Assembly: GCA_965228895.1 (NCBI GenBank)
Contig: OZ245842.1
Span: 2,528,001-2,592,000 of the forward strand
DNA: 64,000 nucleotides
Source: Alphaproteobacteria bacterium
Lineage (GTDB): Bacteria; Pseudomonadota; Alphaproteobacteria; SP197
Reading direction: 5' to 3'
The first letter of the stretch is position 1, and every line of letters starts with the position of its first letter. Both the position numbers and the translations under genes were made by a program. Below, piece after piece: positions 18,328 to 28,797 of this stretch. Below the pieces are notes generated by a model that saw only the letters and a list, made by a program, of their open reading frames with translations, was not told where the DNA came from and ran no database searches.

Positions 18328-20697
18328 ATGACCAACGCATCGGCGACCAATGACATCAAGTTCATGGATCGCAACCCGCCGGCTTTCAGCGAGGCCGAGG
18401 CCCAAACCATGGCCCGCGACCTGTTCGGCCTGGAGGGGTCGTTCAGATCCCTTGTCAGCGAGCGCGATCAGAACTTCCATATCAGCGGCGACAAGGGCGA
18501 TTACGTGCTCAAGATCGCCAACGCCGAGGAAGACCCGGGCGTCATCGACTTTCAGACCCGGGCGCTCCTCCACATCGAGGAACGCGACGCCGCGCTCGTT
18601 GTGCCGCGCGTGGTTAAGTCGGTTAGCGGCCATGTGACGGAAACGGTCTCTGATACGAACGGTGACGAGCATCTGGTCCGCGTCGTCACGTTCCTGCCCG
18701 GTACGCTGCTGGAAGACATGACGCTCGATCAGCCGCTGCTGCACGATGTCGGCGCAACGGTCGCGCGCCTTGACCGCGCCTTGACCGGTTTCATGCACGC
18801 CCACGCGGAAAATCCGCATCCCTGGGACATCATGCGCGCCGCCGACATGCGGCCCCACACCAAACACATAGACGACGCCACCGCGCGTCGCCACATCGAG
18901 AGCATCCTGGATCGTTTCATCGACGATGTCGGACCGCGCATGCGCCGCCTGCGGCACCAGGTCGTGCACAACGATGCCACCCACAACAACATCGTTGTCA
19001 ATGACGACGGCGAGAGCCAGACCTGCGGCATCCTGGATTTCGGCGACATGGTCTTCGCGCCGCTCCTGTGCGAACTCGCCATGGCGGTCGACACGTTGAT
19101 GCACTATGTCGACGATCCCATAGGCGCGATGTGCGATGTCGCCGCCGGCTTCGACACGGTGATCACGCTGGAAGAGGACGAGGTCGACCTCCTGTTCGAC
19201 GCGATCATGACCCGCTTTGCCGTAACATCGGTAATCATCGCATGGCGCCGCTCGGTCACGCCGGAGCAGCCGGACTATCTGCGGGAGTACGAAGAACCCG
19301 GCCACAGGCTGATCGCGACCATGCTGGAGATCGGTGTCGATGCGGCGCGCGCGCGTCTGCGCCATCACCTGCGTTTCCCGCCCTATTGCCCGCCTGAGGA
19401 AGACCCGACGCTAAGCGACAACATGGATGAACTTTTGTCGCGGCGCTTCGACGTGTTGGGCAAGCACCTGACGATCTTTTACGAACGCCCGATCCATATG
19501 GTGAAAGGCCGCGGGCCGTGGCTGTTTGACGCCACCGGGAAACGTTATGTCGACGCCTACAACAACGTGCCGATCGTCGGCCACGCCCATCCGCACGTGG
19601 TGCGCGCGTTGACCCGCCAGGCGAGAACGCTGAACACGCACACCCGCTACATCTACGAGAACGTCATTGAGTACGCCGAGCGATTGACCGCGACCTTGCC
19701 GGATCACCTGACCGCCTGCACCTTCGTCAACTCCGGCAGCGAGGCGAATGACATCGCCTGGCGCATGGCGACGATGGTGACCGGCAAGCGCGGCGCCATC
19801 ATCATGGCCGACGCTTATCACGGCATCACAGAAGCTATCGCCTACCTGTCGCCGGAGGGCACCGAGGAAGAACGCGCGCCGCATGTGCGCGAGCTCATGG
19901 CGCCCGACACCTACCGCGGTCCCTATTTCGCGGGCGAGGAAAACCTCGCAGAACGCTATGCGGCCGATGCGGACAGGGCGATTGCCGAGCTGGACGAGGC
20001 CGGTTACGGCACCGCCTGTTTCATGGTCGACACGTCCTTCGTCAACCACGGCGTCATCGATGTGCCCGAAGGTTATCCACGCATGGTCGCCGAGAAGGTG
20101 CAGGCCGCCGGCGGTCTGGTTATCGCCGATGAGGTGCAGTTCGGGTTCGGCCGGCCGGGCACGCATATGTGGGGGCTCGACGTCCACGGTATCGAGGCGG
20201 ACTTCGTCACCTTGGGCAAACCCATCGGCAACGGCATCGCGATCGGCGCCGTCATCACGCGGCAAGAGATCATGAAAGCATTCGGCGACGCCACCGGCCT
20301 ATTCAGCACCTTCGGCGGCAACCCCGTCGCTTGTGCGGCGGGCAACGCGGTGCTGGATGTGATCGAGCAGGAAGAGTTGATGGAGAGTGCGCGGATTACC
20401 GGCGAACATCTGCGCGCAGGCCTGCGCGATCTGATGCAGCGCCATACGCTGATCGGCGACGTCCGCGGTTATGGCCTGATGGCGGGCGTCGAGATCGTCA
20501 AGGACCGCCAGACCAAGGAACCGGCGCCGGATGAGATGAAACAGGTCATCAACCGCATGAAAGATCTTGGCGTGTTGGCGGGCCGCGAAGGTATTCTGGG
20601 CAACGTTATCAAGATCCGTCCGCCGCTGGCGTTCAAGCGCGAACACGCCGACATCCTGGTCGGTGCCATGGACCAGGCCTTGACCGACATGGCGTAA
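18328..20697 (+). CDS. Fusion of APH-type (hydroxylysine-kinase-like) kinase and class III PLP aminotransferase/phospho-lyase
   Basis: N-terminal half has SERDQNF, HNDAT.NNI, DFGD. C-terminal half has YNNV..VGH, NSGSEAN, DEVQ.GFGR, GKPIGNG, STFGGNP. Confidence 0.88.
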   Translation: MTNASATNDIKFMDRNPPAFSEAEAQTMARDLFGLEGSFRSLVSERDQNFHISGDKGDYVLKIANAEEDPGVIDFQTRALLHIEERDAALVVPRVVKSVSGHVTETVSDTNGDEHLVRVVTFLPGTLLEDMTLDQPLLHDVGATVARLDRALTGFMHAHAENPHPWDIMRAADMRPHTKHIDDATARRHIESILDRFIDDVGPRMRRLRHQVVHNDATHNNIVVNDDGESQTCGILDFGDMVFAPLLCELAMAVDTLMHYVDDPIGAMCDVAAGFDTVITLEEDEVDLLFDAIMTRFAVTSVIIAWRRSVTPEQPDYLREYEEPGHRLIATMLEIGVDAARARLRHHLRFPPYCPPEEDPTLSDNMDELLSRRFDVLGKHLTIFYERPIHMVKGRGPWLFDATGKRYVDAYNNVPIVGHAHPHVVRALTRQARTLNTHTRYIYENVIEYAERLTATLPDHLTACTFVNSGSEANDIAWRMATMVTGKRGAIIMADAYHGITEAIAYLSPEGTEEERAPHVRELMAPDTYRGPYFAGEENLAERYAADADRAIAELDEAGYGTACFMVDTSFVNHGVIDVPEGYPRMVAEKVQAAGGLVIADEVQFGFGRPGTHMWGLDVHGIEADFVTLGKPIGNGIAIGAVITRQEIMKAFGDATGLFSTFGGNPVACAAGNAVLDVIEQEELMESARITGEHLRAGLRDLMQRHTLIGDVRGYGLMAGVEIVKDRQTKEPAPDEMKQVINRMKDLGVLAGREGILGNVIKIRPPLAFKREHADILVGAMDQALTDMA

Positions 20698-20728
20698 TGG
20701 CCAACGCCACAACAAACGACAGGAGGGC

Positions 20729-21121
20729 ATGATGCTCAGTCACATCACCCTTGGCACCAACGATCTCGATCGCGCCTTGGCGTTCTACGACAAGACGCTG
20801 GCGCCGCTCGGCATCAAGCGCACCGAGACGGTCGCCGAGTACGGCTTTGCCATGTACAAGGGCGACAGCGACCCCTTCACGCTCTTCATATGCCGACCCT
20901 TCAACCAGGAAGACGCGACGCACGGCAACGGCACCCATGTTGCGTTCATGGCACCGAACCACGCGGCGGTCGATGCATTCCATGCAGCGGCCTTGGCAGA
21001 AGGCGGCGCCGATGAAGGCGCGCCGGGTCCACGCCCGCACTATCACAAGGACTACTACGGCGCCTATGTTCGGGATCTCGACGGCAACAAGCTGCAGGCG
21101 TGCTGTCAGACGCCGGACTAG
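20729..21121 (+). CDS. VOC (glyoxalase) family protein
   Basis: Motifs HITLG..D, GNGTHVAF, YYGAYVRDLDGNKL. Confidence 0.88.
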   Translation: MMLSHITLGTNDLDRALAFYDKTLAPLGIKRTETVAEYGFAMYKGDSDPFTLFICRPFNQEDATHGNGTHVAFMAPNHAAVDAFHAAALAEGGADEGAPGPRPHYHKDYYGAYVRDLDGNKLQACCQTPD

Positions 21122-21198
21122 ACAGCAGGCTTCGTTCTCCGTCAGGTCGACCGCTCGGTCACCTGATCTTCACGTCGGCACAGAGGGCGCTTGAGACC

Positions 21199-21909
21199 GT
21201 GACATCCGTTCTTCTGCTCGGCTTCTTGCTGGGCATGCGCCACGCGCTGGATAGCGATCATTTGGCGGCGGTCGCCGCGCTGGTCGGCGGCAGTGGTGAC
21301 AAAAAGCCACGCATGATCCGCATGGGCATGTCATGGGCGATCGGCCATTCGATCACCCTGCTCGGAGTCGGCTCCGTCGTTCTGCTGACCGATGCGGTTA
21401 TCACGCCGACAATGTCCGCGGCGTTGGAGTGTTTTGTTGGCCTGTTACTCATCGTTCTCGGCATCGGCGTCGTTTACCGGGTCATTGCCAAGCGCATTCA
21501 CGTTCATGCCCATCGCCATGGCCGCGAGCTGCACCTGCACGCCCACTCCCATTCCACGCCCGAACACGACGAAGCGAGCCACGATCACGACCACGGCCCG
21601 AAGTTATCGCCGCGCGCCCTGGTGATCGGTATCGCCCACGGCATGGCCGGTTCGGCCGCCTTGGTTCTGCTGACGCTCGCGACCATCGACTCGGTCTGGA
21701 TGGGACTTGGTTACCTCGCGATCTTCGCAATCGGCACGATTGTCGGCATGGGCCTTTTGTCCTGCGTCATCGCACTGCCCTTGCGCCTGCTCGCCGGGCG
21801 AATGACGGCCTACTACAACGCCCTTCTGGTGCTGGTCGGCATCTGGAGCATCGTCGTGGGCGGTCTCGTCATTCACGACAACGCAGACACGATTGCCCTA
21901 GCCCTTTGA
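21199..21909 (+). CDS. UreH/NiCoT-like nickel/cobalt transporter
   Basis: RHALDSDH motif, His-rich loop, HGMAGS and multiple TM helices. Confidence 0.85.
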   Translation: MTSVLLLGFLLGMRHALDSDHLAAVAALVGGSGDKKPRMIRMGMSWAIGHSITLLGVGSVVLLTDAVITPTMSAALECFVGLLLIVLGIGVVYRVIAKRIHVHAHRHGRELHLHAHSHSTPEHDEASHDHDHGPKLSPRALVIGIAHGMAGSAALVLLTLATIDSVWMGLGYLAIFAIGTIVGMGLLSCVIALPLRLLAGRMTAYYNALLVLVGIWSIVVGGLVIHDNADTIALAL

Positions 21910-22908
21910 CGCGACCGCGAGTGGTGTAGGCGGCTGTTCGACAAAGTCGAGCGCATCCAACACGACCTCCAGGCCTGCGCCCGGTTTGACCGCCTCTGTG
22001 CTCAGGTGTCGGCGCCAGGACCGCGCGCCGGGCTCACCGTGATAGAGCCCCAGGATGTGCCGGGTCATACGATGTAACGGCGTGCCTTGGGCCAGTTCCG
22101 CTTCGATCAATGGCAGGTAGGCCTCGACAACGTCGCGCCTGCTTTTTTCGGCGGTACTGACGCCATAGAACCGCCGATCGGCCTCGGCCAGGATGTATGG
22201 CGTGTGATAGGCGGCACGGCCGATCATGACACCATCGACATGATCAAGATGCGCCTGCACCTCGTCGAGTCCGCCGACGCCACCGTTGATGTTGATTTCA
22301 AGATGCGGGAACCGCGCCTTTGTCGCATAGACGACGTCGTAGCGCAGCGGCGGGATATCGCGGTTCTGCTGGGGGCTCAGCCCCTGCAGCCAAGCCTTGC
22401 GCGCATGCACGGTGAAGCTGGTGCAGCCCTCGTCCGCGATGCTGCCGACGAAGGCCGGCAGGGTTTCCTCATCGTCCATATCGTCGATGCCGATCCGACA
22501 CTTGACCGTCACCGGAATCGCGACCGCCGCAATCATACCGGCGACAGAGCGGGCGACCAGGTCGGGCTCGGCCATCAGGCAGGCGCCGAACCGCCCGGCC
22601 TGGACCCGATCGCTCGGGCAGCCGACGTTCAGGTTCACCTCGTCATAGCCCATGGCCTCGGCGATGCGCGCGGCCTCGGCAAGTTTCTCAGGATCGCTGC
22701 CGCCGATCTGCAGCGCCACCGGATGTTCGATCGGCGCGAACCCCAGAAGCCGGTCGCGGTCGCCATGCAAAACGGCATCGGCGACGACCATCTCCGAATA
22801 GAGCAGCGTCTTTGCCGTAATGCAGCGCAGGAAGCCGCGATCGTAGCGGTCCGTGCAGTCCATCATCGGCGCGACCGAGAGACGTCGGTCCAGTGTGGTC
22901 ATCGGCAT
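21898..22908 (-). CDS. dusA: tRNA dihydrouridine synthase A
   Basis: Motifs SVAPMMD, NLNVGCPSDRVQ.GRFGACLM, HARKAWL.GLSP..NR, GVMIGRAAY. Confidence 0.93.
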   Translation of the reverse strand: MPMTTLDRRLSVAPMMDCTDRYDRGFLRCITAKTLLYSEMVVADAVLHGDRDRLLGFAPIEHPVALQIGGSDPEKLAEAARIAEAMGYDEVNLNVGCPSDRVQAGRFGACLMAEPDLVARSVAGMIAAVAIPVTVKCRIGIDDMDDEETLPAFVGSIADEGCTSFTVHARKAWLQGLSPQQNRDIPPLRYDVVYATKARFPHLEININGGVGGLDEVQAHLDHVDGVMIGRAAYHTPYILAEADRRFYGVSTAEKSRRDVVEAYLPLIEAELAQGTPLHRMTRHILGLYHGEPGARSWRRHLSTEAVKPGAGLEVVLDALDFVEQPPTPLAVASKG

Positions 22909-23053
22909 TCGGCCTCAATACGAGCTCGCGTTGGCACGGCTGTTTCCCATGGCACTATCGCCCCATGCCAAGGACTATCCATGGCGTAAAGGCTACCACG
23001 AGCACAGGGATTCCGGCACAGCTAGAGAACATTGGTCTAACGTTTTGATTTTT

Positions 23054-24220
23054 CTACGTTTTAGGAAACCTGTGATCCGTCATCAACATCGTGCCGAAAC
23101 AGGCCACAAACAGACCGTAGGCGCACACCCACAACAGCGACGCCAGGGCGATCGCGCCATCGTAGGGGATGGGCAGCGCCGGCGCCGTCACACGCACGAG
23201 CGCCGACAAGATGATGGCCGCGAACATGGTTGTCATCGCTGGACTTGCGGCCAGGGGGCGGCCCGTATGACCCAGGATGGCGCGCGCCATAACCGCCATT
23301 GTCATGGTTCCGATGGCGCCGACCGCGAGTGCGTGTAGCGATGCACTGGCGTCCAACGGCCCCAGATCCAGTGCCGCCAACCCCATCAGCAACAACGCCA
23401 CAACAAGCCACAGGTAACCGACGTGCAGGACCACCAGCAGCGGTTCGGCGACGGTCAGCCAGCCACGCCAGCGTGCCAGGCGTGCCGCATGGGTTGCGCC
23501 GGCGAGCAGCAACAGCGAGCCCGAAACAGGACTGGCGGGCGCGAATGACCAGGCAGCGACCGCGCCGAAAAGCAGCAGCAAACAGACCTTGTCATAGAGG
23601 CCGAACGGCGCCGGCAAGGCTGGCGCATCCCGCTTGGCAAGCCAGTTGCGGGTGAAGCTGGGCGTGACGCGACCGCCGACGAGACCGATCAGCAGGGCCG
23701 CCAATCCCATGGCAAGGCGCCAGCCGAAGTCGTGTGTTGACGGCAGCCAAGAGAGGATGTTGGCCAGCGCGAACAGGCTGACCACACCGCATATCGGCGC
23801 ATTGCGCCAGTTGCGTCCGGCGATGACCTCGCGCCACGCAAGCCCGGCGATCGCCACAAGAAACGCGCAGTCGACGATTGCGGTGATCAGTGCCTCCGGC
23901 CACAGCGCCACCATAATCCGTCCGACAAGCCACAGCGCGAAGAGCAGGCCCAGCCTGCCACCACGCAATGGCAGGCGGCCGGTCCAGTTGGGAATCGCCG
24001 TAAACAGAAACCCCGTCAGGACCGCGGCGAGGTAGCCGAACAGCATTTCGTGTCGATGCCAGGCAAAGGCATCAAAAGACGCGAGCGCCTCGGGCGCCGC
24101 CGCATAGAGCCACGCCCAAAGGGGAACGGCGAACAGCGCGAACAGCGCCGCGCCCAGAAAGAACGGCCGGAACGGGTCAGCCAGCAGGCCGATCGATGTC
24201 TTGTTCTGCTGGCGGTTCAC
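23054..24220 (-). CDS. nnrS: NnrS family membrane protein
   Basis: Motifs FRPFFL, WHRHEMLFGY, GFLFTAIPNWTG, RVTPSFT, LHVGYLW, R..LGHTGR. Start is GTG 24220 (GGAGG RBS) or TTG 24226. Confidence 0.9.
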   Translation of the reverse strand: MNRQQNKTSIGLLADPFRPFFLGAALFALFAVPLWAWLYAAAPEALASFDAFAWHRHEMLFGYLAAVLTGFLFTAIPNWTGRLPLRGGRLGLLFALWLVGRIMVALWPEALITAIVDCAFLVAIAGLAWREVIAGRNWRNAPICGVVSLFALANILSWLPSTHDFGWRLAMGLAALLIGLVGGRVTPSFTRNWLAKRDAPALPAPFGLYDKVCLLLLFGAVAAWSFAPASPVSGSLLLLAGATHAARLARWRGWLTVAEPLLVVLHVGYLWLVVALLLMGLAALDLGPLDASASLHALAVGAIGTMTMAVMARAILGHTGRPLAASPAMTTMFAAIILSALVRVTAPALPIPYDGAIALASLLWVCAYGLFVACFGTMLMTDHRFPKT

Positions 24221-24451
24221 GCGCAACCACCTCCCCGCTGGCCGGCCAGTTCCGTTTCAGTGTCTTGGCGCCTCACAGCAACACACACGCACACCCTTGG
24301 CCACGCCCAACCGCAACAGAGAGCGCCATCGAAAGGGTCGTTCATCTCGGTGCGGATGTTGACCACCAAACTCAAGGTGTCGAGTCAAAAAATCAAATTA
24401 ACATAATGATACCAAAAAGGAATTTTACCCGACTTAAGGCAACACATTAAT

Positions 24452-24907
24452 CTAGAGCAGGAACGGATAGGCGTCCTCGTGGCGCAACAAGGCGATCTTG
24501 GTCTCGATGCCCCCGGTGCCGGAATAGCCGCCGAGACCGTTGGCCGAGAGCACGCGGTGGCAGGGAATAATGATGGCGATGGAGTTGGCGCCGCAGGCTT
24601 GGCCGACCGGCTGGCCATAGGTGCCGAGATCCCTGGCGATGTCACCATAGGTGCTGGTCTCGCCATAGGGTATCGCCAGCATGGCTTGGCACACCGACTT
24701 CTGAAAGTCGTTGCCCGTCGGCGCCAGCGGAAGATCGAAGGTCTTGAGATCACCGTCGAAATAGGCTTCGAGTTGACGCACGGCCTCGTGCAACAGCGGG
24801 CTCGCCTCGCCTTCCTCCGGGTCGGACCAGTTGACTCGGATGATGGCACCGTCGCGCTCGGTAACGGCGACAGGACCGACGATGGTGTCCATTACCGTTG
24901 TTGCCAT
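24452..24907 (-). CDS. ogt: Methylated-DNA--protein-cysteine methyltransferase
   Basis: Motifs IPYGET.TYG and IIIPCHRV. Confidence 0.9.
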   Translation of the reverse strand: MATTVMDTIVGPVAVTERDGAIIRVNWSDPEEGEASPLLHEAVRQLEAYFDGDLKTFDLPLAPTGNDFQKSVCQAMLAIPYGETSTYGDIARDLGTYGQPVGQACGANSIAIIIPCHRVLSANGLGGYSGTGGIETKIALLRHEDAYPFLL

Positions 24908-24992
24908 GCTTCCCGTCACCGCGTTCCCTGGCTAAAAGCATAGTCTATCAGGCAGATGCGCGTGGCCCGAACGGTCTTTTCCGACCGCGCCA

Positions 24993-25436
24993 TCACTCCA
25001 GCCACTTGATGACATGGTCGAGCAGATCTTCGTCTGCGACATCGCGTTCGGAGACAACCCGCCCCTTGACCGAGACACCTTCCCGGTGAACGGCGTCACG
25101 GTTACCGCAGACCAGGTGATGCCAGGGATAGAGGTCTTTGCCTTCGTGGATCAGACGATAGGCGCATGTTGCCGGCATCCATTTGAGTTCACCGACATTG
25201 TCGGGCGCCAGGATAACGCAGTCCGGCACCTTGCGTTTGCGGTTCGCATAGTCGCCGCAACGGCACGAGCCGAGCTCCAGCAGACGACACGCGACATCGG
25301 TTGCGTCGATCTCGCCGGTATCTTCATCCTCCAATTTGACGAGACAGCACTTCGCGCAACCGTCGCACAGGGACTCCCACTCCTCGGGCGTCATCTCGGC
25401 TAGGGTTTTGGTTCGCCAGAAGGGTTCAGTCGTCAT
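24993..25436 (-). CDS. YcgN (UPF0260) cysteine-cluster protein
   Basis: Motifs [29 protein letters not shown]. Confidence 0.9.
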   Translation of the reverse strand: MTTEPFWRTKTLAEMTPEEWESLCDGCAKCCLVKLEDEDTGEIDATDVACRLLELGSCRCGDYANRKRKVPDCVILAPDNVGELKWMPATCAYRLIHEGKDLYPWHHLVCGNRDAVHREGVSVKGRVVSERDVADEDLLDHVIKWLE

Positions 25437-26361
25437 CGTTTGGGTTCGTATCATTGGGAGGGCGCCTGGACCACCACGCGGCAAGCGCCGAACCCGACAG
25501 ATTGTGCCAGATGCTGAACACCGCCCCCGGCAACGCTGCCGTCGCGCCAAAGAATTGCGTGGCAAGCGCCAAGGCCAAGCCGGAGTTCTGCATGCCGACC
25601 TCGATCGACAGGGTGCGGCATGTGGTGCGGTCTTGACCGAACAACACACCGCCCCCGTATCCCGCCACGAGTCCGACAAGATTGTGCAGGATGACACCGA
25701 TGACCACCAGCAGACCAAGCTCTGGAATCCGGTCGGCGCTCAACGCAACAACGACAGCGATAGCCAACACGATCGCCGCGACCGAAACCAATGGGAGGAC
25801 TGGAGCGACAGGACGCACGAACCTTCCGAAGAAGGTGTTGATGAGAACACCCAAGGCGACCGGCGCGACAACGATCTTCAGCACACTCAGCAGCATGGCG
25901 CCGACGGCAACATCGACGGCCTGAGCGACATAGAGCCAGGTCAACGACGGCGTCAGAACGACGGCAAGCAGCGTGGACACGGTCGTCAGCGTCACGGATA
26001 GCGCGACGTCGCCGCGCGCGAGATAGCAGATCACATTCGAGGCGGTGCCGCCCGGACTTGCCCCCAACAGGACGAAACCGGCAAGCAGCAGAGGTTCCAA
26101 CCCCAATGCCATACCAATACCCAAGGCCGCAAGCGGCATGACGGCGAATTGCAACACGGTGCCCAGGCCAACAACCAGTGGCCGCGAGGCGACACGGCGA
26201 AAGTCGGCCGGCGTCAACGTCAGGCCCATACCGAACATGATGATGGCCAACAGCGGCACGATCGCCCAGCGAAGCGGCGCGAAGATGTCGGGGCTCGCAT
26301 AGGCGGCGATGCAGGCGATGACGGCCCACAGCGGAAAGAGCGCCGTGAAACGTGAAATCAT
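25426..26361 (-). CDS. Bile acid:sodium symporter family (PanS-like) transporter
   Basis: Motifs [32 protein letters not shown]. Confidence 0.9.
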   Translation of the reverse strand: MISRFTALFPLWAVIACIAAYASPDIFAPLRWAIVPLLAIIMFGMGLTLTPADFRRVASRPLVVGLGTVLQFAVMPLAALGIGMALGLEPLLLAGFVLLGASPGGTASNVICYLARGDVALSVTLTTVSTLLAVVLTPSLTWLYVAQAVDVAVGAMLLSVLKIVVAPVALGVLINTFFGRFVRPVAPVLPLVSVAAIVLAIAVVVALSADRIPELGLLVVIGVILHNLVGLVAGYGGGVLFGQDRTTCRTLSIEVGMQNSGLALALATQFFGATAALPGAVFSIWHNLSGSALAAWWSRRPPNDTNPNDDD

Positions 26362-26378
26362 GAGTCCTGAGCGACCAC

Positions 26379-27692
26379 TCAGTAGGCTTCCACGTACATC
26401 CGGCAGATCTCGTCGATCTCGCGTCCCTCAAGCATCTTGAGTTCGCCGCGCTTGTGCATGAGATAGGCGCTCAGCATCTCACCGGGCAAAAACTCATTGG
26501 CCTTCGGATGCTGCTCCAGAAGGTCGAGGGCCTGCTCCATGGATGTCGGCAGATCGACAATGCCCTGGTGTTTGCGGGTCGCCGCATCCATCTCCGCGGG
26601 GTCGGACGTGGTCGGCTTCGGCGTCGGCAACTGACGTTTGATCCCGTCGATCCCGGCACGCACGAGACAGCCAAAATAGAGATACGGACTTGCCGCCGCG
26701 TCGCCGGCGCGAAACTCGAAGTTGAAGCTGGAGGCGACGTCGGCGCCCGGCACATCAGAGACCGGGCAGATGCGGATGGCCGCCTCGCGATCGCGGTAGC
26801 CAAGATTGGTGACCGAGGAACTCCATGAATTCGGCTTCAGGCGTTCGTAAGACATGTAGCTGGGCGCCGTTACCGCAACCAGGGCCGGCAGGGCTTCCAG
26901 AATACCGGCGATGAAACTGCCGGCGACATCGCTCAGCCCGCCTGGCTTGTCGGCGTCATGGGTGACAGGCCGGCCCTCTGAATCGCAAAAACTCATGTGC
27001 AGGTGAACGCCATTGCCGGCCGCACCGCGCGTCACGACCGGCGAGAAGCTGACCGTGTCGCCCATGCGCCAGGCGGTGCCGCGGGCGATCTCGCGCGCGA
27101 TAACCGCACGGTCCGCGGCAGTCATCGCGTCCGCCGGCTTGACCGTGAATTCGAACTGCTTGGGCGCGAACTCCGGCAGGAACGTCTCCGGTTCGACGCC
27201 GGCTTCGGCGAGCGCATAGAGAAACGCTTCCGGGAACGCGCCAATGCGCCGCACGCCGTCCTGACTGTACGCATCACCCAGCCGGTCGGCCTGACCACGA
27301 TGAACGAACTCATGCTCGAACGCAGCGATCAGATCGAGACCGGTCAGATCCTTGAGATCTTGCAAGGCTTGGCGCAGGTAGCTCCTCAGGCAGCAGTCCC
27401 AGGGCCGGCGGTTCATGGCAAGAATGTCACCAAGGTAGAACCGCTCGTTGACCGATCCGTCGCCGAAGTCGACATCAACCTTGGTGGCGGGATCCGGCAC
27501 CACGATCAAATCGCCGCGCGGCCCCCACGGCGTCGCGGGGATATGGCCAAAGCAGTTGATCATGGTGTTGGTGAAGGTCCAGCCGACACCCTTGTCGAGC
27601 CGGGCATCGAGTTCAGAGGCCGGGAACCCCTTGCCGCGCACCTGGCCGGCAAAGTCGGTGGACACGACCATGATCAATGGCACGCGATGCAT
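26379..27692 (-). CDS. Glutamine synthetase-like gamma-glutamyl-amine ligase
   Basis: Motifs RGKG, EHEF, GNGVHLH, SYERL, REAAIR, EFRAGD. Confidence 0.85.
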   Translation of the reverse strand: MHRVPLIMVVSTDFAGQVRGKGFPASELDARLDKGVGWTFTNTMINCFGHIPATPWGPRGDLIVVPDPATKVDVDFGDGSVNERFYLGDILAMNRRPWDCCLRSYLRQALQDLKDLTGLDLIAAFEHEFVHRGQADRLGDAYSQDGVRRIGAFPEAFLYALAEAGVEPETFLPEFAPKQFEFTVKPADAMTAADRAVIAREIARGTAWRMGDTVSFSPVVTRGAAGNGVHLHMSFCDSEGRPVTHDADKPGGLSDVAGSFIAGILEALPALVAVTAPSYMSYERLKPNSWSSSVTNLGYRDREAAIRICPVSDVPGADVASSFNFEFRAGDAAASPYLYFGCLVRAGIDGIKRQLPTPKPTTSDPAEMDAATRKHQGIVDLPTSMEQALDLLEQHPKANEFLPGEMLSAYLMHKRGELKMLEGREIDEICRMYVEAY

Positions 27693-27816
27693 TCTTCATT
27701 CTCCCCTTGATCCAACGGCAAGGTCGGGCCGGAAGATAGAACAGAAATCACCCCCATGGCGATTGGCGTTTGATAGCATCGGGACGGATGGTGAAATTCT
27801 GTGACGAGGTGGCGGC

Positions 27817-28764
27817 ATGGGCAAGGCATTCGAACTGGACAAAGAGATTGTCCACTACACATGGGATAATGCGATCGAACCCCGGCTGACCATCGATCCC
27901 GGCGATACCGTCACCTTCCACACCCGAGACGCCGGGGACGAATACTATTCCCGTGGATCCACGACGGAAGCCATGGCGGCGCGAGAACCATTCAAGGGCC
28001 ACCCGCTCACCGGGCCGGTCTATATCCGTGGCGCCGCGCCGGGCGATGTACTGCAAATCGACATCTTGAAGATGGAACTGGCGCGCGACTACGGCTGGAC
28101 AGCGGTCACGCCGGACAGCGGCCTCTTGCCAGAGGAGGAAGTCAAAGGTCCGTACTTGCAGATCTGGGATCTGTCGGACGGCACCCATGCCCGCATGCTG
28201 CAGCGCACCGATATTGCGGTGCCTATCGCGCCGTTCCCCGGCGTCCTGGGGCTGGCGCTGGCCGAGAACGGCGCCCATTCGACCGTGCCGCCGCGTGAAA
28301 CCGGCGGCAACATGGACAACAAACACCTGACCGTCGGTTCAACCCTTTATCTTCCTGTTCAGGTCGAAGGCGGCCTCTTTAGCACCGGCGATGCCCATGC
28401 CGCACAGGGCGATGGCGAGGCCTGCGTCACCGCCGTCGAGACGTGGTCAAAACTGACTCTGCGTTTCGATCTGATCGGCGACAAACATTTCGAAGAGCCA
28501 CAGCTACGGGTACACGGCCCCTTGTGTCAGACGACCAACACAAGCTCGCATTACGCCACAACGGCACAGGGCCCTGACCTCTACAAGAGCGCGCAGAACG
28601 CGATCCGCTACATGATCCAGCATCTGATCAACGAACGTGGTCTCAGTTGGGAAGAGGCCTATGTTCTTTGTTCGGTTTGCGTTGACCTCAAGATCTCCGA
28701 AATCGTCGACGCGCCGAACTGGCTTGTCTCGGCGTTTCTGCCGGAGTGTGTGTTCGTCGAATAA
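27817..28764 (+). CDS. Acetamidase/formamidase family protein
   Basis: Motifs HPLTGP, GGNMDN, GDAHAAQGDGE.C. Confidence 0.9.
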   Translation: MGKAFELDKEIVHYTWDNAIEPRLTIDPGDTVTFHTRDAGDEYYSRGSTTEAMAAREPFKGHPLTGPVYIRGAAPGDVLQIDILKMELARDYGWTAVTPDSGLLPEEEVKGPYLQIWDLSDGTHARMLQRTDIAVPIAPFPGVLGLALAENGAHSTVPPRETGGNMDNKHLTVGSTLYLPVQVEGGLFSTGDAHAAQGDGEACVTAVETWSKLTLRFDLIGDKHFEEPQLRVHGPLCQTTNTSSHYATTAQGPDLYKSAQNAIRYMIQHLINERGLSWEEAYVLCSVCVDLKISEIVDAPNWLVSAFLPECVFVE

Positions 28765-28797
28765 CGCCCCTGCGACCTAGCATCTGTACCGCGCCGC

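Noticed and set aside
24217-24345. 42-codon Cys-rich ORF whose stop overlaps the nnrS GTG start
   Set aside because: No RBS, and the Cys/Val content largely comes from a TG-rich tract; insufficient support for a leader peptide.
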